This document shows positions 13,395 to 27,799 of a stretch of 64,000 nt of DNA, one piece after another. Every line of letters starts with the position of its first letter. Within the stretch, counting starts at the first letter, position 1. A program made the translations under genes and the position numbers. Origin of the DNA: Octopus vulgaris (Eukaryota); the NCBI GenBank assembly GCA_951406725.2, contig OX597815.1, forward strand, positions 124,682,001 to 124,746,000. Reading direction: 5' to 3'. The notes beneath the pieces are model-generated. The model was not told where the DNA came from. It was given only the letters and a program-made list of their open reading frames with translations, and did not search any database.

Positions 13395-13524
13395 TATGAT
13401 CTAAATGTTAAAGTAAGCTACCCTTAAAACATTTATAAGTCTGTGTGCGAAATCTATTTCACACAGACTAATAAATGATTTATGGAAGTAAAACAATGTC
13501 AGTAGAAAGGATACGGGTTGAGAG

Positions 13525-13717
13525 CGATGTCCCTTCTAAACCATCCGCTTGGACACACGCACAAGTTGTACTAGCGATCAAACGCACAAAATCTTTAAGA
13601 TGAAATTAATGTTTTAAATTGAAAATGGTTGCTTCCATGAATGCGCTCATACTTCGCAATGAAAAAAAATTTGAACATTTTTGCACACATCCACAGCAAA
13701 ATTTAGAGGGCACATTG
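13525..13717. mobile_element. Small non-autonomous hAT-like MITE
   Basis: Imperfect TIRs cgatgtcccttctaaa / tttagagggcacattg, resembling CAATGTTCCCTCTAA-type termini. No clear TSD. Confidence 0.45.
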
Positions 13718-15433
13718 AGGGGAGACCTTAACAGCATGCCTCCAGTCTAGACTCTGCTTGTCTCAAGGCATCTCTTTTGGGAGATGAAATTGTATATTTA
13801 TACGTGTGAGTTTCTAAAAAGTTTTTGAATATTCTCTTTCTATTTTATTGCAAAAAATATTACTGTTCTTTTCATATATATTGGTGTCAATCAACTGCTG
13901 CCAAAAGCGACTGGTTGCAATATACGTCTGTAGGCATGTCGCTAAATTCGTGATCAAAGTAGAAAGTTGTACTCAGCTGCAGATACACATTCAAATATAA
14001 AAGCCGTAATAGCAAATTCAGGGGAATAATCTACTATACATTTAGATCGTGACTCAGCACAAAATGTTAGGTTTCAGACAGTAATACAACAGTCAGATTC
14101 GCCACTAAAAATAAACTAAATGAAGATATAAATTGATACTTCTGAATTCAATTACTAAAAAGAAATTGAGACAAAATTAATTGTTCTCTTGCCGTTGATA
14201 AGCTAAATATAAATAATATACTGCATGTTCAAGAAGAGTCATAAGTTCAATTTACCTTTTATTCTCTTGGTTGTTTAATAGAATATGGATCGTGGACTTC
14301 CCCACGCAAAATTATTAAGAATATATCATCTTCAATATTGTACACTTATTTGATGAACTTAGACCCTAATATTACAAAGTTGGGAAGGCGTAAAATCAGA
14401 TTGAACCCCTGAAAAACTGATTCTAGAAGCGTCTTTGATTATGTGCTGGACCGCTTTGTTTCATTCTGACTTTGTAGGTATGATGTTTTACTGAAATGTA
14501 TAGATCACATAAGAATGAGACAACTGCATTACTTTACCTCTCATACAACACACGAATAAAATAGGTTGAAATAAATATTTCCGTTAATTCCGACCAAACC
14601 TTTCCTCACGGTACTTTGCGAATGATCAAACATGCCTTGTCAGTGCTGACAATTATATATTACAGAGAGGTGTGATAAGCGCCTTATTTTTGTACTACTC
14701 ATCACAATACCTACTTACTAGTACATGTTTTTAATTAACTGGACATATCATTAAAGATATATCTTTAAATAAGTTATTTGTGTAATTCCATTTAATCTCA
14801 GACAATCAAATTTAACAAGATATTTTTCTGTCATAAAACCGGTATATAGTAGCTAATTCAGAAATACATATTATCAGTTCCCATGAAAACCATATATGAT
14901 TCTCTTGTATGATTAACTGAAATGTACTTTTACATTGCATCGCGAACAATGATCTGATTCGTGGCCAAAGCATTTAGATGTAAAATGGCGCAATTTACTT
15001 CAATGCAACCAAGTATTAGTGGCAGATAATGCAATTTTATAACTGGTAAATAATTCATTAACTTGTAAGGAGAGTGATAAATTTATTACAGAAACAATGA
15101 TTTTTCAATAGCCAGTTATCCTTTTCAATGTTATGAAAAACAGGATGAATTCTAAACTACAAGAATGATGGATAATCAATAAACAAAGATAGTGGTACAG
15201 TACCAAAACAAAAGTAATACTTTGAGTATTCTATAGTTCATCCTTCCACTACCTGGGTAGAGGAATGAACTGTTACTGCAACAGTTCTTATTGACGCAAG
15301 TGTAGAATCAATTAAATCGACTATAAAGGATTACAATTAGTTGGTCCACGACTTGTGTAATGAAAAATATAATAATGATAGATAAAAATTGCTTATGGAT
15401 TCGAATGGTTAAATAATTTAGTGTAACAAAATA

Positions 15434-15645
15434 TTCTTTTCTACTCTAGGCCCAAGGCCCGACATTTTGGAGGAGGGGGCCAGTACGCAAGATCGATCCC
15501 AGTACGCAACTGGTACTCAATTTATCGAACACGAAAGGATGAAAGGCAAAGTCGACTTCGGCGGAATTTGAATTCAGAACGTAGACAGACGAAATACTGT
15601 TGAGCATTTCGCCCGGCGTGCTAACGTTTCTGGCAGTTCGCCGCA
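15434..15645 (-). mobile_element. tRNA-derived SINE family B (full length)
   Basis: Minus strand: head gcggcgaactgccagaaacgttagcacgccgggcgaaatgct, B-box-like ctgaattcaaattccgcc, core gactttgcctttcatcctttcgtgttcgataaattgagtaccag, tail ggccttgggcctagagtagaaaagaat. Confidence 0.85.
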
Positions 15646-16765
15646 TCAGAGTAACAAAATATTAAACGGTGTTATTATGTGTTATATAGTTTCAAATTAA
15701 TTTATTGATTTTGAACACCTACTGTAGACACAAGCATTTGCAACTAAAGTTTGAATTTTAATCTACTTGTCAAATATGAAAGTTAAAAAGAAAGTGTTAA
15801 TAGCTACTCTAGGTACAATGAAACGAAGATCAATTCCGGTTCTTTTAGTGAACGATAAAAAATAGCCTCACCTTCAACAGGATGATAATTAACGTAAAAA
15901 AATTATGTTACTGCTTTCTCAGATCTAAATAAAATTACGGAATGTAACTTTAAATTCCTGTCCAAAAACAGAGGAAAGCAGTTACTGAGGTTTGAATCTG
16001 ATGACCCATATGCAAGTAATCCAATATCTTGTTAGCTCTGGTATTTCTCTTCTAAAATGATTGGCATGAGAACATTTCACACAATTATCATATACGCGTG
16101 TCTTCTGTGGAACCATTTATAATCAGTATTACCCGAGCTCAGTATAAAATAATGACTTATGTTGATGGGAAATAAGAGTTGTGATGGCTATGCCTTACCG
16201 AAACAAACAAAAAAGATGAAAAGAACAGAAAATGTAAATGGAGTGAGCCAATGAAGCTTCTAACTTCAACCTGCAGGTCTGATAAATAAATGTCGATAAG
16301 ATAAGCACGAATGACATGAAAGGAAGGAGCTGAGAAAGAAATTTTTCGTTCGGCCAGCTGGAAATCGTGCGCATTCGCATTTATATATGCTTGTGATCTG
16401 TGTTTGTACATCTAAGTTAAGTTTACATCGATTTAAAACAGAAGGGTGATTATAGAGCGTCTCTTTATACTGAGTAACTTAATAGTTTCAGCTTTAGAGA
16501 GCGCTAAGTACCTAACAACATTGATGGTATGAGCTGACGAGTAAGGTCCTGTGTTCCCTTAGTGCCATGGTGGTTACACACACACACACACAGATTTATA
16601 TACATATATATTTCACCAATACCTGAGGGGCCGACCTGAAATATTACGTCGGACAAAAGGTTCTCAATTAAAAGCCTTGTTTCTCAGATTTCTTGCACTT
16701 ATGCGCTGATTAATTTATTCTAATTGATCTGTCAATGTTTCTTTCAACGTCTCAACTCTGTGAAT

Positions 16766-16801
<36 letters not shown>

Positions 16802-16999
16802 GCACGCATGTACAGATACACACATACGCATGCACACACGCACACACATACACAAAGACGTACAAAGACGCATGCACGCACGCACACACATACATCCATA
16901 TACAGAATAACCCTTAAATTTTAAATTTATTAAATTTACTCTCACTCGGTAGTCTATCTCATTCTCCCTCTTTTTGTCCTACTCTCTCAGCACCTAAGC

Positions 17000-17046
<47 letters not shown>

Positions 17047-18904
17047 CCGCGCGCGTGTGCCCGTGCGCGCTTATGTGTGTAATATACAAAGTTTGTTGTA
17101 AAAGAATGAAAGCCGGCAGTCCGTTGAAAACTAATTTTTATTTTTATTTTATTAAGTTGATATTAGAAACAATTAATGTATTTGCTAATTGATCCAATAA
17201 GTATTATTTCCTGTTTTTATCGAAATGATTCCATTGAAAATTTGAATAGAAATTGTTTGGGCACTGAAATTTATTTAAAACCCAGCTTTGAAGCATACAA
17301 ATTGCAGTTATTTATGTAGCAGAACAGAAACACTTCAAAACAGGACTCAGTGTACTGAGTATTATCTCATTTTAAAATTCCTATTTAAGACGAAGTGATA
17401 TTAGCATATTAATGACACCATAATATATGAAGATTAGTGTATATATTCATCTATGAGAGATTCCTCATACGAAAACCAATGTGACTGTAAAACTACCCCT
17501 AAATCAGTATGAAATGTTAAATCCAATTTTCTGCAGCCTTTATGTTTATAAAGTGAACTTTATAACACAAATACACAAATTCTTTAAACCTCATCTTATC
17601 GACGCATTGCAACAAAATACTGCGTTGGTCTTTTAAGCAAGCATTTTGGCGAGGCGTGAACTATTAACGGTATTATTTCATGAATATTGCTTAAAATATA
17701 TTGTAAAGAAATAAGGTCTCAAAAATAGACAAGACCTCGTAAAATAGATAAGATCTCTTTATAACTGAGTTTAATGTATGTTTTTAGAAGGCTGTGAAAT
17801 ATCGAAATGTTTACTGAAAAATATTATTTCACTAAAATGATAATATTCGAAACACGATCAATATATGACACGCGAATAAACCATTAATACAAAGCAATGA
17901 AGATAAGTTTAGAATAATGTCTCCCACAAAATGTTAGCTGAACAATTATTTTATAATCTAAATATGTACGCTGTATGTCCCTTGATTAATGAGTGTCCAT
18001 ACAATCCCGTGTTTCAATGATTTGACAATGTCAAACATTCACATGGGTTCTGTTCAGCTGACATAATTGTTGTCCCCAAAATTTCGATTATTCAGTTGAA
18101 ACAATTAACTATTAAATATACAAATTTATGTACATTTACACTCTCATGACTCTCATAGGATATGTTACAGATCTATTGTTTCGCTTCACGCAACTACTGC
18201 AGTCTGTATACTTCTTTTGTTGTAATATACAAAAGACATATTTATAGTACTTTTTATACACGTAGAACAAGTAATCAGTAGGCGAATGACTTTAGATTAA
18301 TTTCAAAATAAAAATAAACACCCACATTTCATATGTAGACTACTTTCAGTATTGTCCATTCTCTTATCAAAAACTAAGAATTAAACCTATATTTATATTC
18401 TGACCTATTTTTTATTTATTGTCGATCATATATAAAAAAAAACATTCACTAAATTACAAATTTCACGTTTTGGATCCCTATCGAACAGTATCTACCCTTC
18501 GCTTCTACAACCAGTACAACACAAATACATGCACCTATATTTCACATCTACAGCAATTTAGGCCAAGCTACGAAAATATCTTGTCTAAAAACGGGAACCT
18601 CCATGAACAATGTATACTATGAATTAGTACTTCTCTGCTTAGAGATAGAATCCAAAGTTCCGTAAACTAACATTCTTGAAAAGGTAAATGCATAGAACAA
18701 GATAGTCTTAGATTATGCCTGAAATACAATGATGATGGTAATGAATGGAAAGGCTTTCATCATAGATCTGCTCGTTCAGGGCTGAGTTGATGTCTTGCTT
18801 TTGAGTTACACGCGCGAGCGTCCAAGCATACATGCATACATACATACATACATACATACATACATACATACATACATACATACATACATACATACATACA
18901 TACA

Positions 18905-19489
18905 TGATGATGGCTGCCCCCTCGTTATCGAGTATGGCCATTGCACGAAGCTTAACTGTTATTGGTGCTTTGATCGAATGTGACTTTTATTTGCTTTTTA
19001 AGGCTACAGCCAGCCATTCAGTTGAGACTCACAGCACCATCAACAATCATGAACAATGTTATCGTGCAATGCCTATGCAAGAAGATTTTTTTTTAAAGTG
19101 AGGAAAGGCTGTGCACTGAGTCAATCCCACTCACTAAGCAACAGCAGCCATAATCCGAAAAGAAGAACAAGTCAACATCATCGGTAACCACTGAGCCGCA
19201 GGTTTTATGTCGGAGTTATCTCAGTTACCTGAGTTACCTTCTCCTAGAAGGATGCCCTGACAAAGGCTAGGAGTCCTTCACTCCCAATGGTTTAACCGCG
19301 CGATCGAGGATTCAGTCCGATTATTTCTATGTCCCCGCGCATGATACCAGCCTTAAGCCTTAAGAAAAAAATTACACATTTATTTGATGGCCGTTGACTC
19401 TCAAGAGTTCCTCCGCCCTTTGACGGGTTTTGTTTTTCATCCCGCAGGGTGTCCAATAAACACCTTCCTCACCAAGCAAGCTTGGTGGG
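18905..19489 (-). mobile_element. Non-autonomous RTE-derived element (5' UTR joined to 3' end) with (TGTA)n tail
   Basis: Minus strand has an RTE-type 5' UTR motif (ggcatccttctaggagaaggtaactc...taaaacctg, shared with the RTE UTR near 53590-53625) and an RTE-type 3' end (tggccatactcgataacgagggggcagccatcatc) running into (TGTA)n at 18828-18904. No ORF. Confidence 0.65.
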
Positions 19490-19490
19490 G

Positions 19491-21402
19491 TTGACTATAA
19501 GAAGGCATTCGACTCTATCCCTCATTCATGGCTGTTGGAGTGCCTACATCTTACAAAGGTACCTACTACCTTAATTGCTTCTATAGAGAGAGACTCACAA
19601 AGACATGGACAAGTATTCTTACCCTTACAACTGAGAACAGAATAATTGTTTCAAATAGTATAGGCATTACAAAGGGAATATTCCAGGGAGATAATCTTTC
19701 TGTACTTCTTTTCATTTTGGCAGTGAATCCATTATCGTTCCTACTGCAGAAAACAAATGGTTACATGCTAGGATCTTCAACTATCAATGTAACTCATAAT
19801 TTCTTTGTAGACGACCTGAAAATTTATGCTAAAAGTGTTAACTATGCCAAAAAACAACTGGAATTAATAACAACATTTTCAGCTGATATAGGCATGGAAA
19901 TTGTCCAAAAGAAGTGTTTTGATTTGGTTATAGAACGAGACGTCAATCCCCCAAACCCAGAACCTGTGCACCAACGGTCTCTCTATTTCCCCATTCCACA
20001 CGAAGAATGTTACAAGTACCTAGGCATAGATGAAAATGTATCATATGAAGGCACTGTGAATAAAGATAGAGCGACCCGAGGATATTATACGAGACTTAGG
20101 AAAATATGGCAGTCGGAACTCTCCTCTTACAACAAAACAATATCCCCAACATTTGGGATACTTAATTGGTCTGTAGAGGAAATCCACTCCATAGATATCA
20201 AAACCCACAAAATTCTAACAACTGAGAACCTCTTCCGAAACAGTGATGTTGACAGGCTCTACCTAAGAAGAAATGAAGGCGTTAGAGGCCTGAGATCAGT
20301 ACAGACGGCCTTCGAATGTCGTATGGTATCACTCAGGCAGCTTCTGCTAAACAACAGCAGCAAAAATAAATGTATTAATGTAGTCCTGAAAAGTGAAGTG
20401 AGCAACATTGTACGAGTTGGCAGTGAACTCCTCAAGAAACACTCTCTTCTTGATGATCTCCTATACAACTCCAAATAGCTGGGATCTCTTAACCCAGAGA
20501 AGACCTGGATAGAAAGCACTCAGCATACAAAAACATAAAGATCATGCATAGGTATGTTGCTCGGAAGCTTGAAGAAAACAATAGAATTGACACGAAGCGC
20601 AGCCTCTCTTGGATACACGATCACTACATCACATAACACTTTGAAGGTCATGCGTTTGCAATTCAGGAACAGGAGATTGCCACAAAGTACCTGGCGAGTA
20701 AGAGAGGCAGTGACGCTTTTGTAATCCCAAGGTACAACCACATGTGTAGGTTATGTTATGTTGTGGAAGTCATTACGCATGTGATTAGTAGCTGTCCTAA
20801 AATGTCATCACGCTACTACCTCCCTATGCTGCACGATGTTGTTGCTAAAACAATTTACAATGCCATCCATCTTGAGATAAACTTAGAAAACCCCTCTGAT
20901 ATGGAATATATTCATAAACTCCAACTCAAGGAATAATGGTGGAATATTTCCATCAAAATTTCTGTCAAATGAAAGCATAACAGGCGGTGTATCATTGTTT
21001 GGGACAGAGGGGCAAAAGTATGTACCATCATAGAAGTTAGCTGCCCTGCAGATATAAATATCTCTTTGAAAATCAAAGAAAAAGAGAATGTCTATGGACA
21101 ACTGCTTCGAATCCTCCAGCTTCTATAACCAGACTATGAATTCATATTCATACCAATAATGATAACTGAAGCACTAGGTCTCGTTAGTAAATGCTTAAAG
21201 GGGAACCTGGATAAACTAGGATTTTCAGAAAGAGAAATTGACCAGTTGATTCAAACATTACAAGTCTAATCTGTGGATGGAAAAGTAAAAATATGCAAGA
21301 CTTTTCTCAAGTTCCAAATGTGAATTTGTCTGTGTCAACTACATTCCAAAGATGGAGCTTTGTATCTTTGTTGGAAACGGTCTCCCTTCTCAGTGGAAGA
21401 TT
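19491..21402 (+). mobile_element. 5'-truncated R4/Dong-like non-LTR retrotransposon (RT + CCHC + RLE), pseudogenised
   Basis: DYKKAFDSIPHSWL at 19493, then a frameshift into ORF 19528-20478 (GIFQGDNLS, FFVDDLKIYA, YKYLG, DVDRLYLRRNEGVRGL), CRLC...HVISSC...HDVVA knuckle, IEVSCPAD...KEKENVY endonuclease, stop at 21322 and a short 3' UTR. Confidence 0.9.
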
Positions 21403-22489
21403 TATAATAATTAAAAAACAGAAGAGACAAGCAAAAGAGAGAGTGAAACCTTTTGAAATTCTAAACGGTAGCCAAAATGTTGATTCTGTCACATTTCTGT
21501 GAAAGACATCACAGTTTTTCTGTGAAAGGCATCATGTGATCAACAATTGCCCAAAGACATGCCATAAATATACTACTTCCCAATGTGACATGACATCATC
21601 ACTAAAACAATAAACAATGCCACCCGAAAAAATGATTGTCTTGGGATAAATATAGAGAATCTGGTTGTTATTAAATGCATACATAATCAATAAAAACATA
21701 CACACGCACACAGACACGCACACACACACAAACACGATCCTTATAAAATGTTGAATTTTCCATGAGAAATGGAAGAAAACCACTCACTGTTATGTCACCC
21801 AAAGCAAAATTCTCTTCCATATTCGTCTCATAACAAAATTTTCGTCACAATCTCCAATCAAACAGTTCTTTTTCAGACATTCTTCCAATTTCTTAAAACT
21901 TTCTCTCTCCAATAACCTTGAAAGAATCTTGTTCCATAACGCAAATTTTCCTCCAAATAATATTTGGATCAGGTGACAAGGTATCCAATAGTCAATCTTT
22001 GATTAAAGCTTCTGGCAACTGCAAGACCATATTTCTCCAATATATGGTAACAATTTTACATTTAAACTTTTCATGAATCCGTTACACTATGCTTGTTTAC
22101 TAAAACATCAACGTCATTGACAAGCTGGAAGTTTTACCCTTTGTGTATGACGTAGGTACATTAACTGCAATATAACACGTCAAAGTTAATCACTCTCCCT
22201 CAGCCTCACTATTTTCTCTCTCCTTCTCCCTCTGTTTTGTGCATAAAGCTACGCATACTCCGTTAGTCATTTTTTGCTTATGCTGAAAATTGCAAACACA
22301 TTTCCTTTAAATGAAATATATTTTAACTGTTATACTGCTTTTCTTGATCCGCTGTGCTTTGCTCCATACTTGAATGTCTAAACAAAATTATCGTCTGTTT
22401 ACTCGTAAACTAGTGAACAACAGATTTTTCAGTTCACAAACATACATTTCTATAAATAGTTTCCGTTTGTGAAATTAACGTAGTCTCCA

Positions 22490-22665
22490 ACTTAGCGACC
22501 GTCTATTAAATATTGCTAACTCTACGTTCAAATTCCGACGAGGTCGGCATTGTCTTTCATCATTTAGGGCTCAATAAAACAAGTACTAGTTGATGACTGG
22601 GGTCGATGTAATGGACTTATACCATTGACCGAAACTGATGACCTTATGCCAAAATTTGAAACCAA
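22490..22665 (+). mobile_element. Degenerate SINE family B
   Basis: gttcaaattccgacgaggtcggcattgtctttcatc...aagtactagttg...ccttatgccaaaatttgaaacc. Confidence 0.7.
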
Positions 22666-22979
22666 TATTATAATTTCTGTCATGAAGAAATTAGCTCAAA
22701 AAGTTCTAAATATTTCATTATCAGCTACTAGCGTTCGTTTAGTATCGCTGTATACTATTTTGGCGTTTTATGTATATTTTCTGTTAATATAAAAATATTT
22801 TCAATTTAGTATTTACAGTTTTAAATATTTGCAGAAGGCAGAAGTATCACACACAGACACACTCAGACAGACATATATGTTTATTCACTTGATGGTACTT
22901 ACAAACGATACCATATCTCTTTCGGATATTTTATACATGCTATCATCTGAAAAACAAATATTTCCACTCTACTGTTTGT

Positions 22980-23133
<154 letters not shown>

Positions 23134-23813
23134 AACATCTATATATATCATCTATCTATCTATCTATTTATCTAGATGTCTGTCTGTGTATCTATCATTC
23201 GAGCTATCTCTCTCTCTCTCTTATATATATATATATATATAATGCCCGCACGCACACATATATAATACCAACACATGGGGTTATGTGCGAATGTAAATAT
23301 ATATATTACCTATCTATTCCACACATACTCGTATATATGCGAGTGTTGAGTGTGTGTGTGTGTATGCGTGCATTTATATGTGTGTGCATGTATGTATGTG
23401 TTTGTTTGTGTCTGTTTTGTGTGCTTATGTATGCTTGCAAGCATCGTCAACTAATGAATCGAATTAAAATATTGCTGTATCATGTTTATAGTATAAATAA
23501 TGACAAGCAATATAATCAAAGAATGTAGTAAAACCACGTGACAGTCTATTTTTAGCCAGCGCCGCTATTTTATTCAGTCTTATTATTTCAGGCGCAGACA
23601 AAAATTGGGATGAAAAACAACTGAAAATTTCGGAATGAATGTCAATTGATGAATGTTTTTCAACTGGTGTGTACACACACACACACATACACAGGCGCAC
23701 GTACAAACACATACACTAACACACACATACACATACACATACACACGTATACACGCACACATACGCACGCGCACACACATTATATATGTATAAAAAGTTA
23801 TATATACGTACAT

Positions 23814-23846
<33 letters not shown>

Positions 23847-23848
23847 CA

Positions 23849-24719
23849 CAAGGGTTGGACTAGATAATGGAAACACCTAGCATCATAGCATCATAATTTT
23901 GAAATACCTATAAAACCGTCAAAAGCTTGTTTATTTTTATGTTTTATTATTTATTATTAGTGTTGCTTTATATGCTTTGCTAAAATTGCTGTTTCTTTTC
24001 AGATATCATCAGAAAAAGGCAATTAAAATTCATTAAAATGTCAGATCTATCAGACTTTCAAAGAGGTCAAATTGTTAGTGCTCGTATGGCTGGCGCTAGC
24101 ATAACGAAAACAGCCGAAATGTTTGGTGTATCAAGAAGTACTGTCACGAAAGTAATGACAGCCTTTGAGAAAGAGGGAAAACCTCACCCTCGAAACAAAA
24201 CTCCGGAAGAAAACCAAAACTTGCAGATAGGAACCGTCGGACTATTACGTGAATTGTTAGAAAGGATCACAAAAGTACAGCTCCCAAAATTACTGCAGAG
24301 CTTAATGACCAACTTGAGAAACCAGTTTCCACAAAAACTGTCAGCCAGGAGCTGCAGAATTAATAGCCAAGACTATTTAAGCATTTAAGCATTTTATCTG
24401 AGCAAATTCTTCTTATGGTTGCGGAACTGTTTCCAGAGGGAAACACAATCTTTCAGCATGATAATGCACCATTCACACAGCTAAAGTTGAACATCTTATC
24501 TGGCCACTACAGTCCCCAGATCCACCATCATCACTACAATAACTGGAGACTGTTTTAGCTGAAGAATGGACAAAAATTCCTTTGGAAACAATTCAAACTT
24601 TGTAAAAGTCCATACCTCGTAGAATCCAAGCTGTAATTATACTAGAGACGGTCCTACCCCATATTAAAATTTATTTGTTTGAAATTCTAAGGTGTTTCCG
24701 TTATTTTGTCCAACCCCTG
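23849..24719 (+). mobile_element. Tc1-like DNA transposon, internally deleted
   Basis: TIRs caagggttggactagataatggaaacacct / aggtgtttccgttattttgtccaacccctg. Paired-like HTH MSDLSDFQRGQIVSARMAGAS...FGVSRSTV at 24038; later FQHDNAP and WPLQSPD remnants. Confidence 0.9.
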
Positions 24720-25605
24720 ATGACACTAAGCTCCAGCAAATCATCTATGCAGAAGAAGACCGAACTCAACTCTAGTCTGATCTATATGGGCAGACAAAAT
24801 TAAAATGCAACTAAATAAGGGAAAATTTGAGCTGATGCAATTTGGAAGAAAGACAATACTAAAACAGCCTTACTTGCTTCATTCAGGGGAACCGCTCACA
24901 GCATCTAATGATATCAGAGACCTAGGTGTAATTGTTGATAACAATCGCAGTTGGAGTGCGCACATCAACAATAAGGTCGATATAGCTCGTAGGATAATCT
25001 CCTGGATCTTAAGAACCTTCCGGTCCAAAGAAACGGTATCATTCCACTTTTCTCCTTTGTACGGCCACTTCTCGAATACTGCTGCCCCTTGTAGTCTCCC
25101 AATACAAAACAAAAACATACTTGAAAATTGAATCACCCGAGAGGGCACTCACTACTCGAATTGAAGGTACGATTGATCTCAATTACTGGGACCGCCTTAA
25201 AGCCTTGAAACTCTACTCTCACCATCGCCGCCGCGAGCGGTACACCATTTACACGATGTGGAGAATATACCGCCAGCATTGCCCAAACGACCTCAACATT
25301 AGCTTCAAGCTTCATCCAAGCTTCATCATTCAGGATCAGTAATATATAGGTTCACTGCAACACAATTTCTTTTCCTCAACAGGCCCTGCCCTGTTTAACA
25401 TTGTCCCAAAACTGATCAAAGAGGAAAAGAGTCCCATCACCTTTAAACGGAGTCTGGACAAATTTCTTCAAGGAATACCATATAAGCCACCCATACCTAG
25501 ATACAACTCACTCAACAAGAACTCAGTAACTGAATGGGCCATAATACCACAAAACTTGACTTTAAAAGGATTTAATCCTATCAGGTGGTGCTATTAAGTT
25601 AGACA
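24720..25605 (+). mobile_element. 5'-truncated CR1-group LINE (RT C-terminal half and 3' end)
   Basis: DDTKLQQ...MQLNKGKFELMQFG...IRDLGVIVDNNRSWSAHI...WILRTF, LNYWDRLKALKLYSHHRRRERY, FKRSLDKFL; frameshifted. Confidence 0.85.
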
Positions 25606-25622
25606 TCTAAGTTTTATCTGTA

Positions 25623-25667
<45 letters not shown>

Positions 25668-26340
25668 TCATACATACATATATGTGTGTGTATGCGTGTA
25701 TACATACATGCACGCACGCACACACACACCCACGCACACATATATAAGCCTTGTTTCTTTATATAAGTTTTATGTATGACTACTTCCATTTTTGTGTTTT
25801 TTAAACTGACAAAACGCAGGTTGTGGGTTTTGATGACGAAATGTGATGGCATTTTACGAAAAACTAAAAAAAAAAATAACTTTTCTTTTAATCTCTTCTA
25901 ATCAGAATATTATCACTAGTAAATTTTTGATTCGCACGTGGTTTTTAGAAGTGCTTGTATTCTATTTTCTTTTTCCTCAATCATCCACGTGTTTCCTTTT
26001 TTGTTCCATTCCTGTTTTAGTCTTTGCTTTTATTAGTTGTTGGAGGAAGTAATTTCTCGCTCCTTCAGACGTTGTTATTTTAAGCTAATTTCAGGAGCTG
26101 AATAGTAAAATAAATATATTGCCTCAGCATTCTCCAACCGTCCCTAACATGAAGCTCTAAAATCTGCAAAGGAGATATAGAAAATTATATCCAGCCGTCT
26201 TTGACCATCAGCCTCATTGTTATCTGTATAGGAAGGGTTGCACTAAATATAGACGCCGTAAGAAGCCCGCCCCCGCACGCAATGGTCGCAAGCTGATAAG
26301 TATATTACGTCAGTTGATATGCTCAAAAACCTTGATTCCC

Positions 26341-26385
<45 letters not shown>

Positions 26386-26469
26386 TGTTATCGTTATCCT
26401 CATTGTTTTTGTCGTTGTCATCACAATAAGTGTATATATGTGTGTGTATTTGTGTGTGTGTATACACGA

Positions 26470-26506
<37 letters not shown>

Positions 26507-26791
26507 CACGAGAGGAAAAGAAAGATGGACGATGTTCACGTGTGAGCAATGGAGAGAGAGTAAAGGAGAAATAGGGAGGAAGACAGACAAATAGAAAACG
26601 GTGAAGGGGAGAAAAAAGGAATTAGAGAAAGGATGAGAGAGAAAACGATAAGAGGAGAGAACAGTATAGGGTAGAGTCGCATCAAAAAGACTAAGATAAG
26701 CTTACTTGGAAATGGATGCGTGGCGTTTTCGTATTTCATGTTTACTGTGTGTGACGTCCTGTACCCATATGTGCATAAATATGGTGCGAAA

Positions 26792-27000
26792 CCCACCACC
26801 TCAGTAACTTTTAGATACCCTCTTAAAACCATTCCTCAAGCATGTCAAAAGCTATATAAGCGACGACCTGGATATGCTCAATCACCTTCCGCAAATAATA
26901 AACAAAAACACCCTACTAGTATCCTTCGATGAAGTCAACCTCTATTCCAATATTCCCCACAATCTATGAATAGAGGCAATTCAATTCTGGCTAGAGAATT
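26792..27000 (+). mobile_element. Penelope-like element (PLE) reverse transcriptase fragment
   Basis: Frame not in the ORF track: THHLSNFLDTLLKPFLKHVKSYISDDLDMLNHLPQIINKNTLLVSFDEVNLYSNIPHNL*IEAIQFWLEN, matching the PLE RT motif LVSFDVxSLYTNIP. Confidence 0.8.
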
Positions 27001-27133
27001 GCGCCAACGTAAATTTTATAAACAAAACATTCAAAAGGGAAGTTTCAGGAATTCATTAATTACTACCATCCACAACGGGTCACTTTCAGGGCACTTGACC
27101 ATTTAACATACTACTATTATGGCACTCCCGCAT

Positions 27134-27252
27134 TCTTCTTCTTCTTCTTCTTCTTCTTCTTCTTCTTCTTCTTCTTCTTCTTCTTCTTCTTCTTCTTCTT
27201 CTTCTTCTTCTTCTTCTTCTTCTTCTTCTTCTTCTTCTTCTTCTTCTTCTTC
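27134..27252. repeat. (TTC)n microsatellite
   Basis: Directly visible. Confidence 0.95.
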
Positions 27253-27498
27253 CCTACCAAGAATTCACAACGACCTCGAACCCACAAGAGTAAACAAGAT
27301 AGACAGAAACAGTCAGAAACAAGGAAAATGCCCCTTGTATTTGAACACTATGCAAATATTCTTTTAAAAACTTGTCTTTTAATTTTTCCAAAATTTGATT
27401 TTTCCATACTTACAATTGAAAAATTCGCCATGACTGAAACCGGTACTGAAATGTTTTTATAAAAGTATTTTAGCATTTTATACCTTGACTTTTTCCAT

Positions 27499-27530
<32 letters not shown>

Positions 27531-27799
27531 GTATATATATATACACACATACATACATATGTATACAAGGTGTTACTAGAGATATGTGTGATAGTACAGA
27601 GTCTTACTAAACACATATGGCCTTTCAATGCTTACACTCTCTATCCAGGGCTTAACAATTATTCCCAGAACCTCAATGTAGGCGGCAGGGTTAACTCTAA
27701 GACCTTGTGGAAAGAAGTGAGGAGGCATCACATGTCCTTCATTGCTGACAACCCTTTTTCTGACAAATTAACTAATTATCAAATACTGGACAAGCGTTG

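Noticed and set aside
19528-20478. 316-aa ORF as an intact reverse transcriptase gene
   Set aside because: Its ATG is out of frame with the upstream DYKKAFDS motif; the element is 5'-truncated with internal frameshifts and stops
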